IMG/VR virus record: IMGVR_UViG_3300046047_000046
Coordinates: 56,161 to 76,160 of that record
Direction: 5' to 3' (one strand)
DNA length: 20,000 bases
Origin: an uncultured virus (IMG/VR IMGVR_UViG_3300046047_000046)
Taxonomy: Duplodnaviria > Heunggongvirae > Uroviricota > Caudoviricetes > Crassvirales
Shown here piece after piece: positions 8,018 to 17,148 of this stretch. A model generated the notes under the pieces. The model ran no database searches. It had not been told where the DNA came from and was given only the letters and a program-made list of their open reading frames with translations. The stretch's first letter is position 1, and every line of letters starts with the position of its first letter. The translations under genes and the position numbers were made by a program.

Positions 8018-9223
8018 TCAGGATGCACATACTGCGAACACAGAGATGAAGTTGAGGCTCTTGACATTGCTGCCCACTGTCAAAGAAGAAAAGTTACAAA
8101 CCCATGCGCTGATGGCATTAAGCTGAGTAGAAGACCAGAATGGCGTAGAAGTAGGAAGAGCTGCTAATCCTACAGTAGTTCTACATGTATTAATGTCAGC
8201 AATATTAAGTGCAATCTCATAAAGTTCACCTAACGCTGGTAAGTAACCATTTTTATTAGCTAATTTCCAAGTATAAGAATTACACCATTCAGCTGCATAA
8301 GTTAATGCAGTTCCTATGATTGCATCAGTATTAGCTTTTCCTGCATAATCAAATATTGCAGCATAAGAATCTGTAATAGTAGTACATCCGTCTATTAAGA
8401 CAGAAGGACCCCATACTTTATTAGTATAATCAGGAGAAAGAATAATATCTACATTGCTTGTAGTTAGTTTAAATCCTGCTACATTGGCATTATTTGCTGT
8501 ATCCCATTCTGATGGTGAATAAGTATTTCCATCTTTATCTACTATTGCTACTTGTAGTTTTGTTTCTCCATATACAAAATTAGCAGTGAAAGTATCAGCA
8601 GATGCTGTTCTTTCTATCAACATAGGAGTACTATAACCATTCTTTTTATCACAATATAATACTATAGACTGACCAAAAGGCACATATATAACTATATTAG
8701 TTCCTGCCCAAGTATATGTAGTTTTAACATTATTTATAACTGCTGTTACTATTTGTCCTGACATATCAGCACTATCATACGCTGAAACATTAATAGTTAC
8801 CTTTTCAGATTCATATTTTAAAGAAACACTTCTACTATTTCCAGAAACTGCTGTAAATGAATCACTTTTAGGAGTGGTATATCCTGTAATAGGCTCTACT
8901 TCAACATAATATGATTCATCAGATTTAATATTCTGTGTTAAAGTAGTACCAGTCCATGTAAGTGTATATAAAATTGTATTATCAGATACTTTTTTAATAT
9001 ATACTTTCTTACCTATAATATTAATTCCTTGATTTGAGGAAAGTGTAATATTAATTTTTTCCACTGCAATATCACTGCCACTTCCACCTAATGAAGACCA
9101 CTCACCATTTATAAAAGCCAGAAGGGAATAATTATTTAAATTACTATTATATTTAAGCCAAAAACTGTTTATATCAGTAGGCTCTGTCTGACTAAAAACT
9201 ATATTTCTTTTTATTTCTGCCAT
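8018..9223 (-). CDS. DGR target protein: fibre/receptor-binding protein with two Ig-like repeats and a C-terminal C-type-lectin-fold variable domain
   Basis: N-terminal EPT...WL....GEW..GGSG anchor; two EK(I/V).I......G.......TW.GT......GY.TP repeats; C-terminal AAEWC...GYLPALGEL...FWSSTQ...AW typical of CLec-fold DGR targets; VR at the extreme 3' end. Confidence 0.85.
   Translation of the reverse strand: MAEIKRNIVFSQTEPTDINSFWLKYNSNLNNYSLLAFINGEWSSLGGSGSDIAVEKINITLSSNQGINIIGKKVYIKKVSDNTILYTLTWTGTTLTQNIKSDESYYVEVEPITGYTTPKSDSFTAVSGNSRSVSLKYESEKVTINVSAYDSADMSGQIVTAVINNVKTTYTWAGTNIVIYVPFGQSIVLYCDKKNGYSTPMLIERTASADTFTANFVYGETKLQVAIVDKDGNTYSPSEWDTANNANVAGFKLTTSNVDIILSPDYTNKVWGPSVLIDGCTTITDSYAAIFDYAGKANTDAIIGTALTYAAEWCNSYTWKLANKNGYLPALGELYEIALNIADINTCRTTVGLAALPTSTPFWSSTQLNAISAWVCNFSSLTVGSNVKSLNFISVFAVCAS
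8022..8123 (-). repeat. DGR variable repeat (VR), 102 nt
   Basis: G CTT AAT GCC ATC AGC GCA TGG GTT TGT AAC TTT TCT TCT TTG ACA GTG GGC AGC AAT GTC AAG AGC CTC AAC TTC ATC TCT GTG TTC GCA GTA TGT GCA TC. 16-18 substitutions versus TR (depending on gap placement), all at TR adenines, plus one extra codon. Confidence 0.95.
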
Positions 9224-9228
9224 AATAT

Positions 9229-11649
9229 TTAATTACTTTTAGTTGTTACTTGTTTATTTAAAGCTGCCCTTTTAATAGCAATCTCTTTATCATGTTTCTC
9301 TTTGTCCTGTACAAGTTTATCTCTTTCAAGTTTTATTTTAGTATCAAATTCTCTCATTTGCTCTATAAGTTTATCCTTATTTTCTTGAGTATTATCAGGT
9401 TCCTGAATACCATCATTCATATTTGCATAGCCTTCTGCCTGTATATTAGCTATTAAAACTTTAGTTTCATTATCTCTTATGTTAGCTTCTTCTTTTTGCT
9501 TAAGCTCAGATTCCTTTTGTAACATCTGAGATTCAAGGGCTTGCTGTTGCTGTTTAAGTTGTTCCTGCTGTTGCTGCTGCTGTCTTTCTTGTATCTGCTT
9601 TTCATTATTTTCAACCATTCTCTGTTTCTCAATAAGAGAAGAAGAGTTATAAAGCTGCATAATAGTAGAAAAAGAAAGAGTCTGATTCTGTAAAGCAGCC
9701 TGTGCAAGAGTATCAAGTTTCTGTGAAAGAAGCTGTGTGCTGTTACTATTATCTACTACTAAGCCATAATCACATTCAGCAAACTCATCACCATCTATAT
9801 TCATGACTTGCATAGACCCATCATTAAGAATATATTGGAACTTCTTACTTCTTCCTTTAAGTGCTGCCTTTGCAGTTTCTATAAAGCATTCAAGTACTCT
9901 TTTCTTTACATCATCATGTATAGTAAATAGCCACTCAGTTATATATGAGGATTGTAGAGTAGCTCTTTCAACTCCACCAACAGTTTCTCTATTACTTATC
10001 TGTCCCTCTCTCTGCTTAGAAATACCTGCAACATCACTCATCTCCATTTTAATAAATTCAAGAAGGTTCATATATTGCTGTATCTGATTTCCATCAGAAG
10101 CTGCTATTACTCCATTAGAAGCATTATTCATAGCTCCTGCAAGTTTACCTGTAGCTGCTCCTATATTACCTTCATTGAAACTATCCTCAACTGCTATACC
10201 CATAGTCTTTGCATAGTATAACCATTTTTCTACATCCCATCCTTTAGGATGATTCTTAGCAAAATCATATCTTATAAGAGTGCCCCAATTTCTTGCTATA
10301 AGTTTATTAAGCCTGTCATGTATAATATCATAAAGATAACTATAAGGTTTCATCATATCAACAAGTGAGAAAGGTCTACTATCATTAAGATTATATATAG
10401 AGCCTATAATACCAAAGTGGCATCTTGATGGATTGCTAAGTCTATTATACTGTACTACTCTAGGTCTCATATTTACATAAATATCAGTACCTATTTTAGT
10501 ACCTTCCCATGCTTCATTAATATAAAATATCTGCTCTTCTTCTCCTTCATCTGTTTTAAGTATATAAGTTTCAGGATAAAAATGAAATTCCTCCTCACCT
10601 GTTTCTTTATTATAAGACCTTACTTTCTTAATCTTTCTTCTTGATTTCCAATATACTCTAAGAACTCTAAGATTACCAGCTATATCATAAGGAAGTAATG
10701 TATTACCTATTCCTTCAGAAGTCATAAGAGGATCCCAAAAGAAACCTTCCTGTGAAGTAATCTCATCACCTATCATGTAATTATTTACAAAGCCCATTCT
10801 TTCATCTATATTACTCATAGAGTCAGTAGCTGCCTGTCCTACATGGTCTGGTAATTTATTTATATATTCAAGGTCTTTTGTAGTAAGTAAGTCATAATAA
10901 GTATCTATTACCCTACCTGGACTCCAATAATCCTCAAGGACTATCATATCAGCATCTTCAATTTTATTTGAATAACCTGACTTAAATATTCTAACCTTAA
11001 GAGGATTAAGTTTTTCAAGTGTTGGCTCACCTCCTATTATACTACATTGATATATTTCCTCTCCTACAGTCATAGCATCCATAAATCCTTGATTAAATAT
11101 AAGAGGAATATTAAGTTCTTTTACATAATGATTAAGTAAAAGATTAGATCTGATTTCTCTCATATCCTGCCACTCATAAGTGAAGTAATCACTCATTTTT
11201 TCAAGTTCCTGATTAGCATCCTCATCAGACTGACTGTTATTTGATACCCATTGCTGTAATCTCTGATAAATCTCTTCTTTCTTATTATTTTCTATATCTG
11301 ATACTGCATTAGGATTAGTGACTATAACCTTAAAATCAAATACCCTTTTAGACTCTTCTCCTTTAAGGACATTAAGTTTACTATTCATTATAGGATAGTG
11401 CTGTATTCTATCTGGTATAAATCCTGCTCTAATATGTTCAGGATTTAGTATGAGTTCCATATCATTCATATGAAGTTTACCATTAAGTAAATCATAATTA
11501 ATCTTCTTATGAATCACACTCTTCCTACATAAAGAATAATTAAAGAAAGTTTTAGAGTCAGCCCAATCTAAGTGTGCCTTACGCCATGCTTTAGTTTTCT
11601 TATTAAAAGAAAGCTGCTCAGGAGGAAGACTTTGTGAACTATATTCCAT
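9229..11649 (-). CDS. Portal protein, crAss-like type
   Basis: 806 aa directly after the large terminase. Features LPPEQLSF.KK...W, NEAWEGTKIG, SLVDMMKPY, GISKQREGQI...ETVGGVERA and a Q-rich coiled-coil C-terminus, recognised as the crAss-like portal pattern. Confidence 0.85.
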   Translation of the reverse strand: MEYSSQSLPPEQLSFNKKTKAWRKAHLDWADSKTFFNYSLCRKSVIHKKINYDLLNGKLHMNDMELILNPEHIRAGFIPDRIQHYPIMNSKLNVLKGEESKRVFDFKVIVTNPNAVSDIENNKKEEIYQRLQQWVSNNSQSDEDANQELEKMSDYFTYEWQDMREIRSNLLLNHYVKELNIPLIFNQGFMDAMTVGEEIYQCSIIGGEPTLEKLNPLKVRIFKSGYSNKIEDADMIVLEDYWSPGRVIDTYYDLLTTKDLEYINKLPDHVGQAATDSMSNIDERMGFVNNYMIGDEITSQEGFFWDPLMTSEGIGNTLLPYDIAGNLRVLRVYWKSRRKIKKVRSYNKETGEEEFHFYPETYILKTDEGEEEQIFYINEAWEGTKIGTDIYVNMRPRVVQYNRLSNPSRCHFGIIGSIYNLNDSRPFSLVDMMKPYSYLYDIIHDRLNKLIARNWGTLIRYDFAKNHPKGWDVEKWLYYAKTMGIAVEDSFNEGNIGAATGKLAGAMNNASNGVIAASDGNQIQQYMNLLEFIKMEMSDVAGISKQREGQISNRETVGGVERATLQSSYITEWLFTIHDDVKKRVLECFIETAKAALKGRSKKFQYILNDGSMQVMNIDGDEFAECDYGLVVDNSNSTQLLSQKLDTLAQAALQNQTLSFSTIMQLYNSSSLIEKQRMVENNEKQIQERQQQQQQEQLKQQQQALESQMLQKESELKQKEEANIRDNETKVLIANIQAEGYANMNDGIQEPDNTQENKDKLIEQMREFDTKIKLERDKLVQDKEKHDKEIAIKRAALNKQVTTKSN

Positions 11650-11671
11650 ATTCTTTTATTTAATTTTGCTA

Positions 11672-11702
11672 CAAAAATAAGTAATCTCTGCATACTTTAC
11701 AA
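11672..11702 (-). promoter_or_regulatory. Bacteroidota-type promoter upstream of the portal/DGR operon
   Basis: Minus strand TTG-N20-TATTTTTG in the terL-portal gap. Confidence 0.75.
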
Positions 11703-11747
11703 TAATATAAGTAAAATACTAATTAATTATAGCTATTTTTACTAAAT

Positions 11748-14000
11748 TTACTGTTTAAAATCACTTATAATATTAAATTTATTATCATAGTTATCAGTAA
11801 AGAATTTATCATTACCTGCATAATTAGGAGGTATTTCAGTTCTCTCCTTAACATCTCCATTGTACATAATAATTTTTTCCTCTCTATATAACATTAATTG
11901 TAAAAGAGACATTATTCTATCTACATTAATTTCAGGATTATAAAGAATAAGTTCCTTAATTAATGCCCTGTTCTTTAAGAAGTGAAGATTAGGTAATGTG
12001 TACTGTACTGATTCACCATTTTCTTCTTTTTCTACAGTGACTGGTTTAAGTAACCAATCTCTTATAAGAGTCATACCAAAATTCTTTATAGGTGTAGTTG
12101 CAGCTACTCCTTTAGAGCTATTACCAAAAGATGTAGTTTTAATAAGCTCTCTTTGCCTAAGATATTCAGGAGTATCAGCTAATAGATGTAATGAGTTAAA
12201 TCTGCTGAAATAAGCAAAAGTATTCTTTTTATTATTTTCATAAAGAAGTCTTCCATTATAGAATAAACATAGCTTTCTTGCTAATTCATTAAGGTCATCA
12301 GCAAACATAGGTCTTCCTGTATATTCAGCTACTATTCTATCTGTCCATAAATCAAGTACAAATATAGAACCTAAAGACATAGTTTCTGCACTATCATTTT
12401 CATAGTTATCAAGTGATAGTATATATCTCTCATAAGGTATTTTATTATTAACCTTTACAGGAAGTTCATATATTTCTAATGCTCCTGTTGATTTATTATC
12501 CTTAAGAGGAAAATCTCTTATAGGTTTTTCTGCTGTAGGTTTAAACTCTACAGTATTATCTTTAGCAAAGAATAACTCACCAACATAAGTATCACTATAA
12601 AAATTAGGGTTGTTATCTATCTCTGCAAGTCTTGAATTAAGCTCGGTAACAGGAAATATGTTTTTCGTATATCTCTGTATAGCTTCCTGTGGAGTAATAG
12701 GTATTTCAGCTATTCTCTTAGTAATAGTATTAATATCAGTACTTCCATATTTAACTTTGTATCTATCCTTAAGAATGTATATTAAAGCTCCTATAACATC
12801 ACTATTACCATCTTTATCATAATATCCTGCCATATTTATATATCCAGGAAAGAAGTAAGTAAAGACACTTCTACTCTGTCCTTCCTTATCATATACATTA
12901 TTAATGCCTTTAATTCTATATCCATTAGGATTATACATAAGTTCCTGTAGAGAACTAAAGTCAGAATCCTTATCACCTGCTGTACCATAAGCATATATAA
13001 GACCAAAAGTCTTTTCACCATCTTCCACAGAAGGTCTAAGTACAGAGAAAAGGTCTCTTAGTCTAGGGAAAGTACCTGCTTCTTCAAGTAGAAAAAGAAC
13101 ACCTCTTGAACCTCTAAGTTTAGACTCATCATCTTTTGATGTAATTCCGACTACACTATTCTGTGTTCCTCTTCTTGCACCTGTATCTGAGTCAATATAA
13201 CCCATAGTCCATTGAAGATTCTGCATTGATGATGTAATTCTCTTTGAAGGAAATTGAGTATTAATTGCACAGAAATCTATATAATACTGAAACATATCAA
13301 GAATCTGATTAGCCCCATGAATATACTTTTTCTCTGATGCAGTAGCAACACACTGTACTTTTACATTTACTTCAGCACTTTCTCCTAATATAAATCTTTT
13401 AGCAAGCATAGCTGCTGCATAGTAAGACTTACCTTTACCTCTACTTGCAAGTTCAACAGCATGTTTACCTTCATTTCTACATTGCTCAAGATAATGTGAT
13501 TTAAGATAATGACCTTCCCATACTTTAGGAAATCCTATAGCTCTGTTACTTCTATTATTACTTCCCTCTTTAATAAGCTGTATAGGGCAATAATTAAGAA
13601 AGAAATAAAAATCACCAGTAATCCATTCACCATCTGATGGTCTTATATATCCATCATAGCACCTTCTTATTTCTTCTCTTATCCATTTACCAAACTCACT
13701 ATTAGGATTACTATTAGGCTTAAGTTTAGTATAGCAGCCATTTTTCTCAAAGTATATAGCAGATGGTCTAAAGTAATCCATATTCTCTAAAATATGAGGC
13801 TTTGTTATATCTATTTTAATTCTTCCTAGTTCATCTCTGTCAAGGTCTTTTGCATATAATCTATGAGGAGATATAAGACTCTTTATGTAAGGAATATTAT
13901 TAATACACTCAAAAAACTGTTCCTTTTCTTCACTATTAAGAGTGTTTATAAGTTCTTCAGTAATTGGTGTCTGACAACTATTTACTTTAATTTCATTCAT
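11748..14000 (-). CDS. terL: Terminase large subunit
   Basis: Walker A SRGKGKS, Walker B-like FLLEEAG, motif III YGTAG, C-terminal nuclease region (LSLDNY, IVAEYTGRP, LYENN, NVDRIMS). Confidence 0.9.
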   Translation of the reverse strand: MNEIKVNSCQTPITEELINTLNSEEKEQFFECINNIPYIKSLISPHRLYAKDLDRDELGRIKIDITKPHILENMDYFRPSAIYFEKNGCYTKLKPNSNPNSEFGKWIREEIRRCYDGYIRPSDGEWITGDFYFFLNYCPIQLIKEGSNNRSNRAIGFPKVWEGHYLKSHYLEQCRNEGKHAVELASRGKGKSYYAAAMLAKRFILGESAEVNVKVQCVATASEKKYIHGANQILDMFQYYIDFCAINTQFPSKRITSSMQNLQWTMGYIDSDTGARRGTQNSVVGITSKDDESKLRGSRGVLFLLEEAGTFPRLRDLFSVLRPSVEDGEKTFGLIYAYGTAGDKDSDFSSLQELMYNPNGYRIKGINNVYDKEGQSRSVFTYFFPGYINMAGYYDKDGNSDVIGALIYILKDRYKVKYGSTDINTITKRIAEIPITPQEAIQRYTKNIFPVTELNSRLAEIDNNPNFYSDTYVGELFFAKDNTVEFKPTAEKPIRDFPLKDNKSTGALEIYELPVKVNNKIPYERYILSLDNYENDSAETMSLGSIFVLDLWTDRIVAEYTGRPMFADDLNELARKLCLFYNGRLLYENNKKNTFAYFSRFNSLHLLADTPEYLRQRELIKTTSFGNSSKGVAATTPIKNFGMTLIRDWLLKPVTVEKEENGESVQYTLPNLHFLKNRALIKELILYNPEINVDRIMSLLQLMLYREEKIIMYNGDVKERTEIPPNYAGNDKFFTDNYDNKFNIISDFKQ

Positions 14001-14011
14001 GTTATAATCAA

Positions 14012-14371
14012 TTATAATGCAGAAGAGTTGTAGTCACTATAATCATAATTAACTATTTTTATAATCTCCTTAGAGCTTATAAGATTAAACAGCTCTTTAA
14101 GTACAATTCTATCAACTTCTTTCTCTACTTTATCCTTATTATCTTCTATACTTCTTGCTACTGCCTGAACTACAAGTACAGGAATTCTTTTCTTATTTAC
14201 TATAATCCATAGAGTTGTTTTATACCTCTTATAAGCTTTAAAACTATTATCAGGAATTACTTCTCTCTGAAATACAATATGTTCAACAACTTCAGTGCTG
14301 TCTATTCCAAGGTTCTTTCTTGTATTATAAAGAAAATCTTTAAATGCTTCTGCTAATATACTTAAATCCAT
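14012..14371 (-). CDS. Hypothetical protein
   Basis: 119-aa ORF tightly packed in the operon. Confidence 0.7.
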   Translation of the reverse strand: MDLSILAEAFKDFLYNTRKNLGIDSTEVVEHIVFQREVIPDNSFKAYKRYKTTLWIIVNKKRIPVLVVQAVARSIEDNKDKVEKEVDRIVLKELFNLISSKEIIKIVNYDYSDYNSSAL

Positions 14372-14373
14372 AA

Positions 14374-14925
14374 TTATAATTTTATACCATCATCAAATAA
14401 TGTTTTCTCCCCTGAACCTCTCATTCTACTACCTGATTTCATTTCTGTTGTTATTGCTCTTTCTGCATTGTCAAGTTCTTTTATAAGATCAGGTATCTGT
14501 TTAATAGTAGAAGTAATTGTATTAAGAGTATAGATAGGCTTCTCATGGTCATCAGTCTTACTTAAATCTATATCTCTTAATAACTTTCTAAGTTTATCTA
14601 CTGCAAATCTTGTATCCTCAAGTAGTAATGCTCCTGTAGACTTAAATGTTTCATAGAATTTCATAGCCTCCTTAATGAGTTTGTCAGGCTTCCATTTATC
14701 TGAAAGTCCTTCTCCCTCCATAATAGCTTTCTGTCTTTCATTTATATCTACAATATACTGATAATCACTTCTTGGGTCTTCCATAAAGTAGATAAATCCA
14801 AGTTCTTGAAGAGCAGTACTTTTATTTTTAGATTTATCTCTATTCCATATATCTTTAAATGGCTTTAATAACAGAGCCTCTTCAGATATTATTACCTTAT
14901 AACCTTCATATTTAAATAGCTTCAT
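14374..14925 (-). CDS. Helical phage protein upstream of terL (possible small terminase, unproven)
   Basis: 183-aa helical ORF with a C-terminal RMRGSGEK tail. Function is inferred from position only. Confidence 0.55.
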   Translation of the reverse strand: MKLFKYEGYKVIISEEALLLKPFKDIWNRDKSKNKSTALQELGFIYFMEDPRSDYQYIVDINERQKAIMEGEGLSDKWKPDKLIKEAMKFYETFKSTGALLLEDTRFAVDKLRKLLRDIDLSKTDDHEKPIYTLNTITSTIKQIPDLIKELDNAERAITTEMKSGSRMRGSGEKTLFDDGIKL

Positions 14926-14937
14926 ATATAGGATATT

Positions 14938-14978
14938 AAAAATAAAAGCTCAGTAAGAGTAAATCAAACTAAGCTTTT
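14938..14978 (-). terminator. Probable intrinsic terminator after the GroES-like gene
   Basis: Minus strand AAAAGCTTAGT...ACTGAGCTTTT stem (one G-U) running into TTTTATTTTT. Confidence 0.55.
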
Positions 14979-14988
14979 ATAATATTAA

Positions 14989-15420
14989 TTAAAGTATTAT
15001 CTCCTTTTTCCTTGGCTGTATAAGAGTACTCTTGGGCTTATCTTTTACTTCTTCATAATCTTCTATAACGAAGTTTATGTCTCTGTCTTCAAGTAGTAAA
15101 TCTTGTTTACCATCTAATTCAATTACATTAAAGCAGTACTCTATAATTGGATTATCAGATACTATTCCATCTTTAAGAGTACCATCTTTATGCTTAGTTC
15201 TACCATATCTTATAGGGTTAATGCATACAAGGTCTCCTACTTTTATACCTCTTACAGAATCCCCAACAGCTATTACTGTCTGATACTCTTTTACATCACC
15301 TTTTTGTTTGTTTGCAATTATAAGATTGTTATCAATTACATCCTCATCATATCTATCCATTGTAGTTACTAAGGATGTAAACATTGGTTTTATCTTTTTA
15401 ATTTTTATCATTTTTATCAT
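14989..15420 (-). CDS. GroES/Cpn10-like co-chaperonin
   Basis: IKPMFTSLV, TVIAVGDSVRGIKVGDLV and LLLEDRDINFVI correspond to the GroES motifs. The true start may be the second Met. Confidence 0.75.
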   Translation of the reverse strand: MIKMIKIKKIKPMFTSLVTTMDRYDEDVIDNNLIIANKQKGDVKEYQTVIAVGDSVRGIKVGDLVCINPIRYGRTKHKDGTLKDGIVSDNPIIEYCFNVIELDGKQDLLLEDRDINFVIEDYEEVKDKPKSTLIQPRKKEIIL

Positions 15421-15664
15421 ATTTTTTAATTAGAAGTTCAAGTCTTTTTGTCAATATTGCAAAGTAATTAGTCATAGCTCCTAACTGCATTAGTATTAAA
15501 TTATATTGCACAAGCCCTACTTTTGATATAAACTTAGAATCTTTAATACTTTCATTAATTGCATTTATTTTCTCTTTAAGACTTCTATGTTCCCCTAGCA
15601 TTCTAATAACAAAATCAGGTACTTCAGGAACTTCTTTATTATCTTTATCTCTATTGGGTTTCAT
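15398..15664 (-). CDS. Small two-helix phage protein
   Basis: RM..E...L..KI..I...Q..L...Q...M..Y..IL..R pattern, common in gut phages; overlaps its neighbours. Confidence 0.6.
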   Translation of the reverse strand: MKPNRDKDNKEVPEVPDFVIRMLGEHRSLKEKINAINESIKDSKFISKVGLVQYNLILMQLGAMTNYFAILTKRLELLIKKYDKNDKN

Positions 15665-15929
15665 TGTTCTTTATCTTTTTAATATATAAAAATCTATTCT
15701 TTATTCTTTTATATCTATCATAATTACACATCAACTTACCTATTACTGGGATATTAAAGTTAGTTTTGAACTTACTATAATCTTTTTCTGCTATAGTTTC
15801 CTTTAAAGGAAGTAACTGTATATTACACTTTATGGATTTCCAATAATACATATAAGTTTTATATACTATATCCTCAGGTATATTAAGCTCATTAGATACC
15901 TTATGTATAATACTTTTTATATCTATCAC
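15651..15929 (-). CDS. HU/IHF-like DNA-binding protein
   Basis: IIHKVSNELNI....V......W..I...FNIPVIGKL resembles the HU helix-helix-strand pattern; basic protein. Confidence 0.5.
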   Translation of the reverse strand: MIDIKSIIHKVSNELNIPEDIVYKTYMYYWKSIKCNIQLLPLKETIAEKDYSKFKTNFNIPVIGKLMCNYDRYKRIKNRFLYIKKIKNNETQ

Positions 15930-16315
15930 TGCTTTTCATTTAAATCAAACAATAATAGTAACTTGAAATTCTTATCTTCAGGGACTATATTAGGTATAAA
16001 TCTTGGATTAATCTTTCCATCCACTATAACCTTATTCTTTCTAAGTTTACCCATGATTACTTGAAAGTGAGGAAGAGTTATATTACACTCTTCCCTTACT
16101 TTCTTCTTAGTATCTTCACTCATTGTAACTTTATCAAGAATATTCTGGTCTTGTATTACTTTGCTTAATTTAAACCTATTCTTAACAAAGCTGGTTATTA
16201 CCTCCATTTCTCTTTCAGTAAGATTATGAAATGGTTCTAGAAACATAAACCAATATCTGAAGAAGCTATTAGATAAAGAACAAGGTATCCTTACTACATT
16301 ATTAGCCTTATTCAT
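15926..16315 (-). CDS. Putative winged-helix DNA-binding protein
   Basis: LTEREMEVI...KKKVREECNITLPHFQVIMGKLRKNKVI resembles a wHTH. Confidence 0.5.
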   Translation of the reverse strand: MNKANNVVRIPCSLSNSFFRYWFMFLEPFHNLTEREMEVITSFVKNRFKLSKVIQDQNILDKVTMSEDTKKKVREECNITLPHFQVIMGKLRKNKVIVDGKINPRFIPNIVPEDKNFKLLLLFDLNEKQ

Positions 16316-16326
16316 AGTATATATTT

Positions 16327-16671
16327 CTACTTTTCAGAATCTTCCTTGAGGCTGTCTTTATTATCTGCTGCTTCTTCTTTCTTTTCAGGTAAAGTAATTG
16401 TCTCTTCAACTTCATTTACACACTTATCAACAAAGTCAGGATTAAACATACCACTGTACTCAAGTACTTTAAATAAATAGTCAAGTCTTTTAAACATATT
16501 ACTAAGATTAGCCTCCTGTAACTTTGTATAAAGCTGTCTTGACTGTTCACTGAGCTGATGAGCTATATTTTCAAGCTGCTCATATGATAATTTCTCCTGC
16601 TTCTGATCTGCACTTGGTTTAGCTGTCAGGTTATTCTTTACTACCTTTAATTTGTTTACTTTCTCTTCCAT
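16327..16671 (-). CDS. Hypothetical coiled-coil protein
   Basis: 114-aa ORF with a KLSYEQLE...RLDYLFKV core; ends in TAG. Confidence 0.7.
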   Translation of the reverse strand: MEEKVNKLKVVKNNLTAKPSADQKQEKLSYEQLENIAHQLSEQSRQLYTKLQEANLSNMFKRLDYLFKVLEYSGMFNPDFVDKCVNEVEETITLPEKKEEAADNKDSLKEDSEK

Positions 16672-16699
16672 TGCTTTATAAATTAAATTATTATTATTA

Positions 16700-16933
16700 T
16701 TAAAAACTATCTAAATAATCATGACCATATTTTTCTTTATATAGTACTTTCCATTTTTCAATGCTGCATTCACTGATGTCTGTAGAACCACATGAGTCAC
16801 AGTATATTGAGTCTTCTAATCCTGGTATATCCCTTATCCTTAATGAAAGACACTTCTTACAATAAAGAACTGGTTCTTTACTAAATTTGCTATCTTTCAA
16901 TGCCTTAATATCTAAGTTATCTATACTACTCAT
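16700..16933 (-). CDS. Zn-ribbon protein
   Basis: CKKC...CDSC pairs. Confidence 0.7.
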   Translation of the reverse strand: MSSIDNLDIKALKDSKFSKEPVLYCKKCLSLRIRDIPGLEDSIYCDSCGSTDISECSIEKWKVLYKEKYGHDYLDSF

Positions 16934-16958
16934 AAATGTTTATATATTAAGTGTGTAT

Positions 16959-17141
16959 TTATTGCTTATAATATATAAGTAAAAACCAGTCAGTTTCTTT
17001 TAATATAGTTACTACATCCTCATGTTGAATACATTTATCATTAGCTTTCTTGAGAAGATCACGTATAGTACTAGCTGTTATAGCACATAAATACTTATGT
17101 GTATCCCTCTCCTCATTATATAATTCTTCTTTTTCTTCCAT
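16959..17141 (-). CDS. Hypothetical protein
   Basis: 60-aa ORF, co-directional and tightly spaced. Confidence 0.6.
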   Translation of the reverse strand: MEEKEELYNEERDTHKYLCAITASTIRDLLKKANDKCIQHEDVVTILKETDWFLLIYYKQ

Positions 17142-17148
17142 AATATAA

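Larger units (their letters stand above)
6270..9223 (-). mobile_element. Diversity-generating retroelement cassette (target/VR - avd - TR - RT)
   Basis: All four canonical components are present, co-oriented and in the canonical order. Confidence 0.95.

Noticed and set aside
8017..8067. Avd N-terminal extension from 8067 given in the ORF track
   Set aside because: It would overlap the hypervariable VR in another frame. ATG 8016, right after the target stop, is more plausible.
9541..9600. CAG/CAA run as a repeat element
   Set aside because: It encodes the ordinary Q-rich coiled coil of the portal C-terminus.
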